A DNA stretch of 63,906 nucleotides, filler included, from Octopus bimaculoides (GCF_001194135.2; 8 parts of 7 records of this genome joined end to end with filler, not necessarily neighbours in it), one strand, 5' to 3'. Positions 13,185 through 25,469 are shown, numbered from the whole stretch's first letter. A program made the numbers and translations. Notes: generated from the letters alone by a model not told the origin.

Positions 13185-13425
13185 GAAGGCGCGTGGCAAA
13201 GTGGGGCACTCAAGATCGCTAGATCGTCGGTTTCGATTCCCAGACCGGTAAGCGTGTTATGTTCTTGAATTAAACGCTTCATTTCACGTTGCTCCAGTAC
13301 CCACTTGGATCAGAAAATGGGAAATGTTGGCCTTTCTCGCCTAGCCAGCGAAGGCTAAAATGATGCAAAGCGCATTGTCGCCAGCGATATGTAATAACAT
13401 CTGACAATCTGGTCGGCCACGTGAT
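13185..13425 (+). mobile_element. tRNA-derived CORE/V-like SINE (family starting gaaggcgcgtggc)
   Basis: The same head recurs at ~25470 and ~31300. B-box ggtttcgattccc, followed by ..tttcacgttgctcca. Confidence 0.75.
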
Positions 13426-13490
13426 ATATATATATATATATATATANNNNNNNNNNNNNNNNNNNNNNNNNNNNNNNNNNNNNNNNNNNN

Positions 13491-13502
13491 TTAATTAATT
13501 AA
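13491..13502. other. Assembly linker TTAATTAATTAA inside N gaps (also 15877, 23438, 38006, 43179, 58592, 62343)
   Basis: The identical 12-mer, with stop codons in all six frames, sits inside seven N runs. Confidence 0.95.
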
Positions 13503-13569
13503 NNNNNNNNNNNNNNNNNNNNNNNNNNNNNNNNNNNNNNNNNNNNCCCCCCCCCCCGCACGCACACAC

Positions 13570-13790
13570 ATACACATACATACTTTTCTTTGTACGACGG
13601 CCTGTCTTTGATTATGTTCTTATATGTCGCATTCACACTCTCACACAGACATACATCTTTAGCGCCATAATAAATATCTCTGTTATTCATCTAATACGGT
13701 TGTGGTCTTTCATTACTGGTCATCTATGTTATCGTCGCATAACATATCATGTATATCATCCATTGATATATATTTGTATGTTCGACCGTG
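13570..13790 (+). repeat. Dispersed repeat, second copy at ~51665-51860
   Basis: Near-identical text catacatacttttctt.gtacgacgg.ctgtctttgattatg...ggttgtggtctttcattactggtcatctatgttatcg. Confidence 0.85.
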
Positions 13791-15365
13791 TGACTCGTGT
13801 AAATAAAAGGAGTCCTCTGTTCTTCCATTCGTCACCATTTCTCCTTTTGAGTTCGCACGGTCGTCTCTTACATATATATATTCTTTTTTCTCCATTCTTC
13901 CTTCGTGCTTCATTCTCTAAGTCTCTGTTCCCCTTTCTCTCTCTCTCTCCCTCTCTCTCTCTCTCTCCCTCCCCCTCTCTTTTTTTACGTCCCTCTCCCT
14001 TTCTATCAACCTCCCTTTAACTATCACATTCACCTCTGCATTGTACCAATATTGGCAATCCAAATTAATTTTTATACTAAACTCTGTTGCAGTTAGTTCT
14101 CTCACGTCCCAGACAAATAGAGGATCTTTGGCACCCGCTTTTGGTACATTACTGAAATATGAATTCCGACTACATTTTACCGTTTTATTTTCGTTCCAAC
14201 TCCATCTAGACGTATAGAGGTATATCGGATGTAAACAAGTTACTAATAAAAGATTTCTACGCCCTCAACTGACAAAAGAGATATACTTGCTTCTGTTCCA
14301 ATACAGTTTATTATTTTTTAAAATAATTTTGTTATCGAGTATAACAAGTTTAGATTCAGCAATAAGAGGAGTGTAAAAAAAAAGAATGTATGCTTTGTTT
14401 TATTATTATATTTCTGAGATATCTACAACAGGTTCATTTTTACTGGTGTATCAATTGAACAAGCTTCCGACCGCTGGTGAAAAAGGCATCCTCGATATTG
14501 TTCTCTTGGGAATATAGTTCCAGGAAAAATATATCTTAAGCTAAATACCACGAAATCAATTTATTCTTTCTTTTAGTTCTTGAGATGTCAAACATCACTT
14601 CGAAATCTGAGCGCTTGTAGATGTGTGTGTGTGTGTCTGTGTGTATGTGAGTGTGTGAGTGTGTGTGCGTGTCTGTGTATGTGAAAGTTTTCAGTCATGA
14701 CTGGTCACACATATGCAAACACATAGACACACACAAAGACTTTCTGCTTATAGCAATTCATTGACAGGCATTTGAAATAATTCCTTTCTTTTCTATTCTC
14801 TGTCCTCTCCCTTATACACTCACACATCATTTATGAATCTCATGGGAGGACGGAAATCATCATTAGGTATCACGACAAGAAGAAGTTTCTTCTTTCACAT
14901 TTGTCGACTTACATTAAAACGTTACAAAACAGCTAATTCATTCAAAACATAAAAGCATACAGGACCAGTATCAGAGACGTTGATGGAGAGTTCAGATTGT
15001 CTTGGATGGAAAAATAATGTAGATAACATGTCCATGTCCAACATTGAGGAAAATGTGTTTGGCATATCTAACAATCTCTTTTTTTTTATACTTATTTTTT
15101 ACCAACTATTTTTCATCTTATTGCTATAATTTAACTATCTTCTCATTCTCCTGGAAACATTCCAGGACTTTTGGTCATCTACCAAAGAAAGCATTCAAAC
15201 ACTTTATATATCTCACGAATTTTACACATATACAAACGTTATCTGAAGACTAGTTATATGGTTTATCTCTTTACATACGAATTCTGATCGTTATCAGTGT
15301 TGGTAGTTTTAACAGAGAAAGTAGAGCGCTGGACTAAATGCCTTGCTGTGTGTGTGCATGTAATC

Positions 15366-15396
<31 letters not shown>

Positions 15397-15399
15397 CAA

Positions 15400-15565
15400 G
15401 GCACAGGCGTGACTGTGTGGTAAGAAGCTTGCTTCCCAACCACATGGCTTCAAGTTCAGTCCCACTGCGTGGCACCTTGCACAAGTGTCTTCTACTATAG
15501 CTTTGGGCTGACCAAAACATGTTAGTAGATTTGGTAGACAGAAACTGAAAGGAGCCGGTCAAGTA
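15400..15565 (+). mobile_element. CORE-type SINE (OR-like), near-complete head
   Basis: ggcacaggcgtgactgtgtggtaagaagcttgcttccc...gttcagtcccactgcgtggcaccttgcacaagtgtcttctactatag...gaaactgaaagga. Confidence 0.85.
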
Positions 15566-15596
15566 AGTTTATATATATATATATATATATGCGCGC

Positions 15597-15624
<28 letters not shown>

Positions 15625-15627
<3 letters not shown>

Positions 15628-15752
15628 AAATTAGATCAAATAGTAAAAGGTTGTCATACTACTTAGAGTTTCGAATGTCGGAGCGAAGAGCTACGACATT
15701 CGAAACTCCGAGCACTATAATGACAACCTTTTACTGTTTGTTCTAAATTATA
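15625..15752. repeat. Palindromic (fold-back) element
   Basis: Outer arms 33 bp with 3 mismatches. Inner arms 15666-15680 and 15694-15708 are a perfect 15 bp. Confidence 0.9.
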
Positions 15753-15932
15753 GCGTATATAAACAATCCTCTATTTATCTAATATCGAGGTCTTATTCTT
15801 TCGTTGTTACTTATTATTATTATTATTATTATNNNNNNNNNNNNNNNNNNNNNNNNNNNNNNNNNNNNNNNNNNNNTTAATTAATTAANNNNNNNNNNNN
15901 NNNNNNNNNNNNNNNNNNNNNNNNNNNNNNNN

Positions 15933-15970
<38 letters not shown>

Positions 15971-16082
15971 TGTATATATAAGTATGTATGTATGTATACT
16001 ATCTTTTGATATTGGAATTCCGTAGTAATTGAGAAGCGAATACATAGTTGCAACATAAACACTCACGCACACACACGCTCAT

Positions 16083-16135
<53 letters not shown>

Positions 16136-16261
16136 CCAGTTAAAGTAGCCATAAACAATACTTTTTGGCTCGTATACTGCTTCTATCTCGAACAGAGATT
16201 TTCTAACGTACTAGTTTCCTAGTTACAAAATCAGTGATTGCGTGACACTGTTTTCTATATA

Positions 16262-16391
16262 TTGCAAGCGAGGTGAGCTGCTGTCATGCCCAGCAACGAG
16301 TACCCACCACTGAGGAGATCCAATACAGATCGAAACCACATGGTCTGGTGGTCTTGAAGCTAGGGTGGCAGGAGTTATCTCTCGCTTGCAA
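16262..16391 (+). mobile_element. TA-flanked rod-like hairpin element (MITE- or retrozyme-like) with an internal hammerhead
   Basis: Termini ttgcaagcgag / ctcgcttgcaa, with TA on both sides. Interrupted pairing continues inward to the HHR. Confidence 0.6.
16297..16356 (+). ncRNA. Canonical type I hammerhead ribozyme with tertiary-contact elements
   Basis: CGAG-UAC-CCACCA-CUGAGGA-GAUC(CAAUACA)GAUC-GAAA-CC(ACAU)GGU-C-UGGUGG-U-CUUG. All core residues intact, GUC triplet (C17 = 16345), perfect 6-bp stem I and 4-bp stem II. Confidence 0.92.
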
Positions 16392-17109
16392 TAAATATCG
16401 AGTACGAGAAGCATACTGAATAAACCAGCTGGTGTTTTCCTAGAGATAAATGGCAGTATCGTCGTCTCTTAGAGGACAACCACATTAAAGTGGCCATAAT
16501 TATTACTTTATATCCATGTAATGTTAATGGTAACCTGAATTGTAAGTGACTCAGTTTAATAATGTTTTAAATGACCATGTAGTTTTATCCTAAGTTGCGG
16601 TACAGTGACAAGCCCCAAAATTTAGGGTGAAATAAATTTATCTGTATCTACTTGCAGCTACTAGGACAACTAATACACAAAAAGTAGAAGGAATTATATC
16701 TACTCACACANNNNNNNNNNNNNNNNNNNNNNNNNNNNNNNNNNNNNNNNNNNNNNNNNNNNNNNNNNNNNNNNNNNNNNNNNNNNNNNNNNNNNNNNNN
16801 NNNNNNNNNNNNNNNNNNNNNNNNNNNNNNNNNNNNNNNNNNNNNNNNNNNNNNNNNNNNNNNNNNNNNNNNNNNNNNNNNNNNNNNNNNNNNNNNNNNN
16901 NNAACCTCTCTCAGTGATTCTCTTCCCTTGAGGGAAGTTTCTCCCCCTCTTCAATTTCCTACCAAACCTTATTTCTCTTTGTCTCTGAGCTGAAACTACC
17001 ACAGATGGCGACAACAGCAACAATGGTGATCACCAGTCAAATTTCACACGTATATATATATATATAAAGACTATAGAACGGTATGTGTCTTGAACGCTTC
17101 AAGATAACA

Positions 17110-17320
17110 GTAATATTGGTTTCAAATTTTGCCACAAGACCAGCAATTTTTTTGAGGGGAGGGTGGAAGTCGATTACCTCAATCCCAGCTATCGACCTTG
17201 AAAGGATAAAAGGCAAAGTCGACCTCGGTGGCATTCGAGTTCTGAACGTAAAGGCGGACGAAATACCGGTAAGCATTTTACCCGACGGGCTAACGTTCCT
17301 GCTAGCTCGCCGCCTAATAC
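17110..17320 (-). mobile_element. SINE copy (family of 640-1275)
   Basis: Family motifs from the tail cacaagaccagcaatttt to the head gctagctcgccgcct. Confidence 0.85.
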
Positions 17321-17419
17321 TGACGACACTAATAGTGACGACGTGCAGTGTTACTTGGACTCACAACCGCTACTTCACAGCACACTGCGAAGGCTATGTG
17401 TTTGCAGGAGATTGCAACA

Positions 17420-18015
17420 AAATACCTAATATATAGAGCAGACAACGAAGCCCAGATTTAACAAAAACTGTTGATTATGTCACATTTCTGTGGAAGACAT
17501 CACACATGTGATCAGCAGATGCGCAAGGTGCTACCTCTCAAAGCGACATGACGTTGCTGCTAAAACAATATGCAATGCCATCCCAACATAAAGAAGAAAA
17601 AAAGACTGTCCTGGGATAAATTTAGAGAATTCTCTTGTTATCAAATATGTACATAAACATCAACTCAAGAAATATTAGTGGCACATTCCCTTCAAAATTT
17701 CTACCAAGTGAAAGTGTAACAGGCAAGATATAGTTGTTTGGGATAGACAAGAAAAAGTAGGTACCGTCAGCGGCCCTGTTGATGTGAATATCTCTTCGAA
17801 AATCAGAGGGGAAGAGGATAACTATGGGTATATACTTCGAAACCTTCATCTTCTATACCTAGGTTATATATTCCCATTTATAGCAGTAATAATTGGTGCG
17901 CTTGGTTTTGTTAGTAAATGCCTAAATAACAATCTGATAAAGCTGGGGTTTTCAGGAAAAGTAACCAACCAGCTAATTCGTACATCACAAATACGATCTG
18001 TAAGCAGAACAGTAT
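17420..18015 (+). mobile_element. RLE-type non-LTR retrotransposon (Dong/R4-like) C-terminal remnant
   Basis: Decayed translation gives the CCHC-type segment SVEDITHVISRC..RHDVAAKTI and the endonuclease-like DIVVWDRQEK..PVDVNISSKIRGEEDNYG..VIIGALGFVSKCL. Confidence 0.75.
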
Positions 18016-18243
18016 AAAAATTTCGAAGATGAGTTCAGCATGTAGCATTTTTTTTATCTACATTACAACAGTGGAGATGCATATCTTTGTTAGAAACCAA
18101 CTCGTTCCTTACAGGGAGAATTCAAACAATAAAAAAATAAAAGAAAACATAAATATATACACACACGCACTAACACATGCATATATATATGTATAAACAG
18201 CCATGCGCACACTCGCGCGCGCACACGCACACACACACACACA

Positions 18244-18294
<51 letters not shown>

Positions 18295-19009
18295 GGTGTC
18301 CCAAATTTAATAGATTCTTCAGATAGAATTAAAATTTTACGAACGCTTGTTTTCAAACAAACAATCATTCTAGACCAAGCATTACTGATAACACAAAACA
18401 GTGGAATCACTAAACTTCCAGAAACATTTCGTTCGGTATATGTGCGTATTCTCCTTCAATGGGTGTTCTCAATTCGTTAAATGTTACCGGTTTTGCACTG
18501 TAAACTTTATCTTTTTAGTATCTCGCCCAAAAGTATCTACTGGTGTGAGGTCCGGCACGAAGGGTATTCTACTGAACCTCTTTATCCAGTCCACTTGATT
18601 GGCAAAAATCTCAACATCGTAGGCCTTTATTTTATTATGGCAATGTTGTGGTGCCCCATCTTACTGGAAACAAAACATCACATCTTCAGGAGGATTGTGC
18701 TATAGAATCTCCTTCTTATGCTGTCCTTTTTATTTCATTGCTCTTTAATCCGAAATTTTTAAAACCGTGAAAGTAGGGATGTCTCAAATTATTATTATGG
18801 CCAACCGGAAGTTTAAATCTGCTATCATGTAGGGATGTCTCAGATGATTTATTATTAGAGGGTTTATTTTAACAAAAGCATGTACGTTATGCAAATCTAT
18901 ATTTTTTATATTATCGTTAGATTTATTACATTTTCTGTGAAAGATATGATTTTTAGAAATAGGTAGGCCGATATTAGTGCTAAATATTTATATTATCACA
19001 CGCAAAATT

Positions 19010-19420
19010 AAGTTTTACAGTTGTTTCATTACAGTTCTAGATGCAATTTCATTATTTATCTTACACCCCGTATTATTTCTAGGTTCATAACTATAGTAAT
19101 GCTTATTTAATTGATTATCCTCATATTCATCTGTCTTTGCCGGCAAATTGTATACGTCCGGGATAAATTGTATGTTTTCATTATATCCATCTCTACTAAG
19201 TGTCTCATCATAATAATACACATGTCAAAAATTTTCTCATTAGCAAGCAGTTTAGAGATTCTCTTCGAGACACTTTTAGATCTAGGGTGATTGGAATATT
19301 TATTTAGATAACTTAGATTTTCTTCTGGTTTGTGATGCGTAGAGAATTGCCCAGTACGATAAAAGCAAGCGTTAGATTGCAGTGCAAAAAGAAATTTGCA
19401 CCTCTTATCTCGCAAAGAAA
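19010..19420 (-). mobile_element. Penelope-like RT thumb/linker remnant
   Basis: TGQFSTHHKPEENLSYLNKYSNHPRSKSVSKRISKLLANEKIFD, then YYDETLSRDGYNENIQF, matching PLE YRKP..SNHP..RIS.LS. Confidence 0.8.
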
Positions 19421-19920
19421 GAAATACGCGGTACATGCGGACCTGCGATGGTTTATAAAGCCACATACAGGTTCATGGAACTTAAATCTAATGAGGAATC
19501 ATCTTCTACCGCGCGTGATTGTTAACGTGATTGTCTGCATGTATATAGATGTGTATATAATGTGTATATATATATGTGTGTGTGTGTGTGTGCATATATA
19601 TATATATATATTATTATAGATCAGGATTCTAGTGAATCGAGCACTTAAATGGTAAGACACCAGGACGGGTCGAAAAATACAATGTTTATACAACAAAAGT
19701 ACACGAATACATACACGAGTACCGAAGCACAGGCGGGAAAGATATGCAGGTTATGTATACGATTAGCTGTACCTAACTGAGTATACATAACCCCTAAGGC
19801 TTACTCTAGGAAACGCACATTGCACTAAATGTACGGTCCATAATATACTTCGGACCCACTCAAAGAGCAGATTCTGACTGAGGTGAATAATAAATAAACA
19901 AATAGCAACAAATGAGTAAC

Positions 19921-20225
19921 GTGTCAATCCACAACAGCTGTTTCCAACGAGTTTTGAATTGCTTAATGGAAAAAATACATCATCAGAATGAAACATTTTC
20001 ATCAGGTGAATACATGAATCACAACATTCAAAAACTCAAAAGCCACCAGTTTACCATAAAACCAGAACTGGTCATAGTATCATGAAGTTGCACAAACTAT
20101 AGTGGCTTTTGAGTTTTTGAATGTCGTAATTCCTGTATTCACCTGATGAAAACGGTTTTTTCTAATGTAGTTTTTCCATTAATCAATTAAGAACTCGTTG
20201 GAAACAGCCGTTGTGGATTGATACA
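19921..20225. repeat. ~305-bp palindromic MITE-like element
   Basis: Arms ~19921-20047 and ~20102-20225 are imperfect reverse complements around a ~55-bp spacer. Confidence 0.9.
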
Positions 20226-20613
20226 TTAGCCAACCATTGTTATTTGTTTATGGATATATATATATATATATATANNNNNNNNNNNNNNNNNNNNNNNNNN
20301 NNNNNNNNNNNNNNNNNNNNNNNNNNNNNNNNNNNNNNNNNNNNNNNNNNNNNNNNNNNNNNNNNNNNNNNNNNNNNNNNNNNNNNNNNNNNNNNNNNNN
20401 NNNNNNNNNNNNNNNNNNNNNNNNNNNNNNNNNNNNNNNNNNNNNNNNNNNNNNNNNNNNNNNNNNNNNNNNNNNNNNNNNNNNNNNNNNNNNNNNNNNN
20501 NNNNNNNNNNNNNNNNNNNNNNNNNNNNNNNNNNNNNNNNNNNNNNNNNNNNNNNNNNNNNNNNNNNNNNNNNNNNNNNNNNNNNNNNNNNNNNNNNNNN
20601 NNNNNNNNNNNNN

Positions 20614-20800
20614 NTAGCACGCCGGGCGAAATGCTTAGCGGTATTTCGTCTGTTTTTATGTTCTGAGTTCAAATTCAGCCGAGGTCGACTTTGCCTTTCA
20701 TCCTCTCGGGATCGATAAATTAAGTACCAGATGCGTATTGGAGTCGATCTAATCGACTGGTCCCCTCCCCCAAAATTTCGGGACTTGTGCCTAGAGTAGA
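20614..20800 (+). mobile_element. SINE copy (family of 640-1275)
   Basis: tagcacgccgggcgaaatgcttagcgg...gagttcaaattcagccgaggtcgactttgcctttcatcc. Confidence 0.85.
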
Positions 20801-21209
20801 AAAGAATATATATATATATATATATATACATGAATGCACGTATTTATCTAAACAAACACACACACACACACACACACACACCGCACATCCACCCCCGCGC
20901 ACACATACACGTCGCGCGCGCATACACATGTATATATGTGTGTATCTATGTATATATGTATATATATCTTTATATAAATTTGCGTTTGTCTGTGCGCGCG
21001 CGCGTGTTTCTCTCTCTCCCGTCTCTCTCTTTATATATCTGTGCGTGTGTGTCGTTGTGTTTGTGATTGACAACCACCGCCGCTTGACAACCGCTGTTGG
21101 CGTGTTTACGTCCCCATAACTTAGCGGTTCGGCAAAGTGGCGATTGAATAAGTACCAGGCTTAAATAAAAAGTACTGGAGTCGATTCGTTCGAGGTGATG
21201 CTCCAGCAG

Positions 21210-21883
21210 AATCTGATGGTGAACACACAAAAACAACTGCTGGCTTGCTGTGTCCCCAAAACATGTACCGAGAGTGATAAAAATCAACCATCCAGTCAAC
21301 ATCATGGTGTTTGGAGTAATCACTAGTGATGGCGACATTATGCCTCCATTCATCTTCTTACACGGTGTCAGACTCAACACAGTGGCCTACATCAAGTGTC
21401 TGGAGGAAGTAGTGCTGTCCTGGGTCAAGAGGGTGGCTGCTGGAAGTCCCTATATCTGGCAACAAGACACTTCACCATGCCACACAAGCAGGAGAACCCA
21501 GTCATGGCTGTCAGATAATTTCTACGACCACACCACACCTAACATCTGGCCACCTAACCTCCCAGACTGCAACTCCCTTGATTATCATGAGTGGTTTGCA
21601 GTTGAGCGAGAGACCAACAAAATCCCTTGTAACACCAAAGGCACTGATTATAGCAGCATTCACCAACTTAAACAAGGAGACCGTCGAGAAAAAGTGCAGG
21701 AGATTCCGAAGTTTGTCTGGAGGCCGTGGTTGAAGCCAATGGCGATTTTATTGAATAAATTTACTCTTTAGTATTTCAAGATATTTTAATGTCATTTTGG
21801 TAAATATATCTGTTAAAATGAGATGTCAGTGTTATTTTCATTTTTGCGTAATTTAGACGACAGTTTATTCACCGCACTCTCTA
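21210..21883 (+). mobile_element. Tc1/mariner maT-family (DD37D) transposase remnant with right TIR
   Basis: WQQDTSPCH...WPPNLPDCNSLDY with 37 residues counted between the second and third Asp. The first Asp lies in the deleted 5' part. Frameshift near the C terminus. TIR-like end tttattcaccgcactctcta. Confidence 0.88.
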
Positions 21884-21919
21884 TAAGTGTGTGTGTGTGT
21901 GTGTGTTGTGTATATATGA

Positions 21920-21971
<52 letters not shown>

Positions 21972-22538
21972 TCACATACATACATACATACATACATACA
22001 TACATACATACATACATACATACATGCATGCATACATACATGCACACACACATACAAATACACTTATATAATAATAATAATAATAATAATAATATCTATA
22101 TGAATATTCATGTGAAAATTTACTTATTTCTGTATATTATGCACTCAAATTGTTTTGAATTTGACGCGAGCCTGTTCAACGCTTAACGGACACAACAAGA
22201 CGAGTAGGATTTTTGACACTAGGTTTTTAGTAAGCCCTGCTGATGAGAATTAAGGGATAACCCAAAATCATGATACAGCTTTCAGCTGAGTTGATATGTT
22301 AAATTTTTTTGCGTGTTGCCCGATTTCTGTTGGTCCGTTATGTTTTTCAGTGAGACAGTGGCTTGTTTGAAGATTTTAACTCTTATTTCTAGCAAGCTGG
22401 TACTTCATGTACCCTCTATTATAATTATAAATTAATTATAGAATTTTATTTTATTATTTTGCCATTTAACGGCATTATTGCTTGCTGGCCACTAATATAT
22501 TATTGTTATTGCTATTATTAATTATACATTTACTACTG

Positions 22539-22609
<71 letters not shown>

Positions 22610-22726
22610 CACTTTCAATACAGTAACCATAAGAGCACCACAGCAAACCACAGTACATACCCAAGGCGCACAGAGCTGCGCTCGGTAGTGAAGTGAAAGC
22701 ACGTTATAAAAATAAAACTACTGAAC

Positions 22727-22797
<71 letters not shown>
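22610..22797 (+). mobile_element. 3' UTR and (AAT)n tail of an RLE LINE (second copy at 36568-36796)
   Basis: Near-identical to 36670-36796, where it follows the ORF end IQKIALLGTAHILRKKLSIR*. Confidence 0.8.
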
Positions 22798-22799
22798 GA

Positions 22800-23393
22800 T
22801 GATGATGATGAAGAGCTTGAAAGACTACTACATACTGTGAAAAGATTCAGTGATGATATCGGGATGGAGTTTGGCCTTCAAAAGTGTGTCAAAGCCACTT
22901 TTAAGAAAGGGAAACTGGTAAAGTCAAGTTCAAATCGAATTAGTTGTCGAAACAGTAATAAAGGAACTTGAGCAGGAACAAACCTATAAATACCTAGGAA
23001 TAAATGAAGGCTCTGCTATCCAGCATGCGAGCATGAAAGAGAAAGTTAAGAAGGAATGTTATAGAAGAGTTCGAGCAGTCCTGAAGTCTGAGCTGAATGC
23101 ATAAAATAAGGTGTTAGCCATAAATTCCTTAGCAGTCCCAGTTGTTCTTTATAGCTTCAATGTGCTTAACTGGAATGCCAGTGAAATAATGAAAATTGAT
23201 AGAAAAATCTGCAAGCTACTGACTTGTAATAAGATGCACCATCCAAAGGCAGATGTGGATCGTCTTTACCTTCCCAGAGCTCGGGGAGGTCGAGGCTTGT
23301 TCCAGCTTGAACTTACGTACAAAACCACCACAATCGGACTGGCCAAATACCTTGAAACAACCAACGATTGGATGCTAAAACTTGTTGAAAAAC
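22800..23393 (+). mobile_element. Non-LTR retrotransposon RT fragment (Dong/R4-like), truncated by a gap
   Basis: LLHTVKRFSDDIGMEFGLQKC..YKYLGINE..AINSLAVPVVLYSF..HHPKADVDRLYLPRARGGRGL are typical late-RT motifs of this group. Confidence 0.85.
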
Positions 23394-23493
23394 NNNNNNN
23401 NNNNNNNNNNNNNNNNNNNNNNNNNNNNNNNNNNNNNTTAATTAATTAANNNNNNNNNNNNNNNNNNNNNNNNNNNNNNNNNNNNNNNNNNNN

Positions 23494-23532
<39 letters not shown>

Positions 23533-23879
23533 CATACATACATATCTGTGTGTGTGTACGTGTGTATGTATGTATGTATATGTGTGTATATATAAGTATG
23601 TGTGTGTATGTGTATACATAATAATAGAAAAAAAATGTGGGGATATATAAAAGAATTCCTGTACGTCACAAATGTCAACCGGTGTGTATGTTAGGTGTAA
23701 TAATTTAATGAACTGGAACAAGGATTAATAGGATTTGTGCTATTAAAAATCACTGAGGCGACCGAAATTTAATTTTGTAGTTATGTAAATTTGCACGGTT
23801 TGAAAATACTGTGGTATAAGAATTAAAGTCNNNNNNNNNNACGTTCACCATGCTCTGGGATCTTCCACGTACTATCAAA

Positions 23880-25300
23880 ACAAGCGTTTTGTGCTTTTAA
23901 GTGCCAGATGTAAATTGACAAATTTATTGGTTGTTTTCACCATGGCTAAAAGACAAGCCTTGGTTAACGTAGCACTGTTTGAAGTTACTCTCTGATATTC
24001 CTATAAAGTGTTTTTGCTCTATAATTTGGTTAGGTTTGACACATTTTGCTTCATAGTTTATTACTTCGGAAATACATAGTTTATTAAGTGGACACATATT
24101 GATATTTCTTCCGTTCACCGTATCCAACATGATATTGTTGTTTTATGCGTAATAATACTTTTCGCTATTTACAGATGTAAATAATTTTTAAGCAGTTACA
24201 AAATTTCTTTCATGGAAGTCTACAACATTCAGATAAGAGTATATGATCATTTTAGGCCGCAAGATTTGAATTAATTAATGAGATATTTTCTAAAAGTATA
24301 CAATGTATCTTTGTTAATGTCATGAGAAACAAATAACTCGCCATCTCTATAATTACCTCGTTTGATGTAGCAAATTCGTTTAGTATATATACGCCGAAGT
24401 TACCTCATATATTTGTAATGGAAAACGAGCCCACACAGATTGAGAATGAATATGATATCTGACAGATATTTTCAACTAGGCTGAACGGTCATTGAAAAGC
24501 TGAGTCTTTCATGTGTTCAGATTATTTATATTCTATGTGAATATTTCTACTGTCGAAGTCTTCCACCCTAAAGCGTGGTAGTTGAGAGATAGAAAGTTGA
24601 AACTAAGAATACAAAATAGATGAACAAAGCTAAGGTATCTATTATAAATGATTAAACAAGATGACTATTGGGATCTGGTTGATTTTTAATCTTGTTATTA
24701 ATTGAACTCGATATCACTTTGCTGATTGGTCATATCTCTGCTTTGCTGTGTCAATTAACCTTCATTTTGGATTAGATATAAAATTTTCGTTCTAGGTTGT
24801 TTTTAGCTCCAGTATCTCTATATTTATATGTTTCAGCACAATTTTTTCTATAATTGTTAGATTTCTTTGTTAAATAGTTATGTATATGCGCTTTGTATGA
24901 TTTGTCGGTTTTATTGGAGAAAATATATATACTTCTGGATTTCTTGAAATTACTGATATCATAGTGAACAACATATGAAATGAGTATAGGCAGATAAAAA
25001 TTTGACTGTCAACTCTGAGGTATGAAAAACAATTTTTGGTGCTACAATGGCTAATCATGTGTAGTTGGTTATCCTTGGCATCCTTAGAAAGAAAGCTTGA
25101 CTTAAATATAGCTAATAGTACTCAACCTAACAATAGCTAAATTTCACGATATTATTTTAGATCTTATGAAAGAGGAAACCAGATGAAGAAGCTCTATAGA
25201 CTCACCCAAATTCCAATGTCTCATATCCAGTTACGATTAAGATGTTGTTAGTATAAGAAAGAAATTTTTCGATAAAGTATTTTTCTAATATAATGAAATA
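23880..25300 (-). mobile_element. Decayed Penelope-like element (RT remnants and GIY-YIG endonuclease)
   Basis: CPLNKLCISEVINYEAK...KHFIGISESNFKQCYVNQGLSF matches PLE C-P-L..C..IY.A..YIG.SE..FK.RY.NH..SF. Upstream RT remnants are weaker. Confidence 0.75.
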
Positions 25301-25469
25301 CTTGCCAAGAGCGGCTCTAGTGAGAAGCTAGATCTTTTTAGTCTATACTCTTATCAATCCGCTTCGGAAGAGTGTTAGGAACAGCAGAGTTACTTGGTTT
25401 CCAATCTTCCACATAACTAGACATCAATACGAATATATCCATAATTTTTCTATCTCTAGTAAAGCATTA

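Noticed and set aside
13491-13502. Recurrent TTAATTAATTAA motif as a biological signal
   Set aside because: It is always embedded in N runs and is a scaffolding linker.
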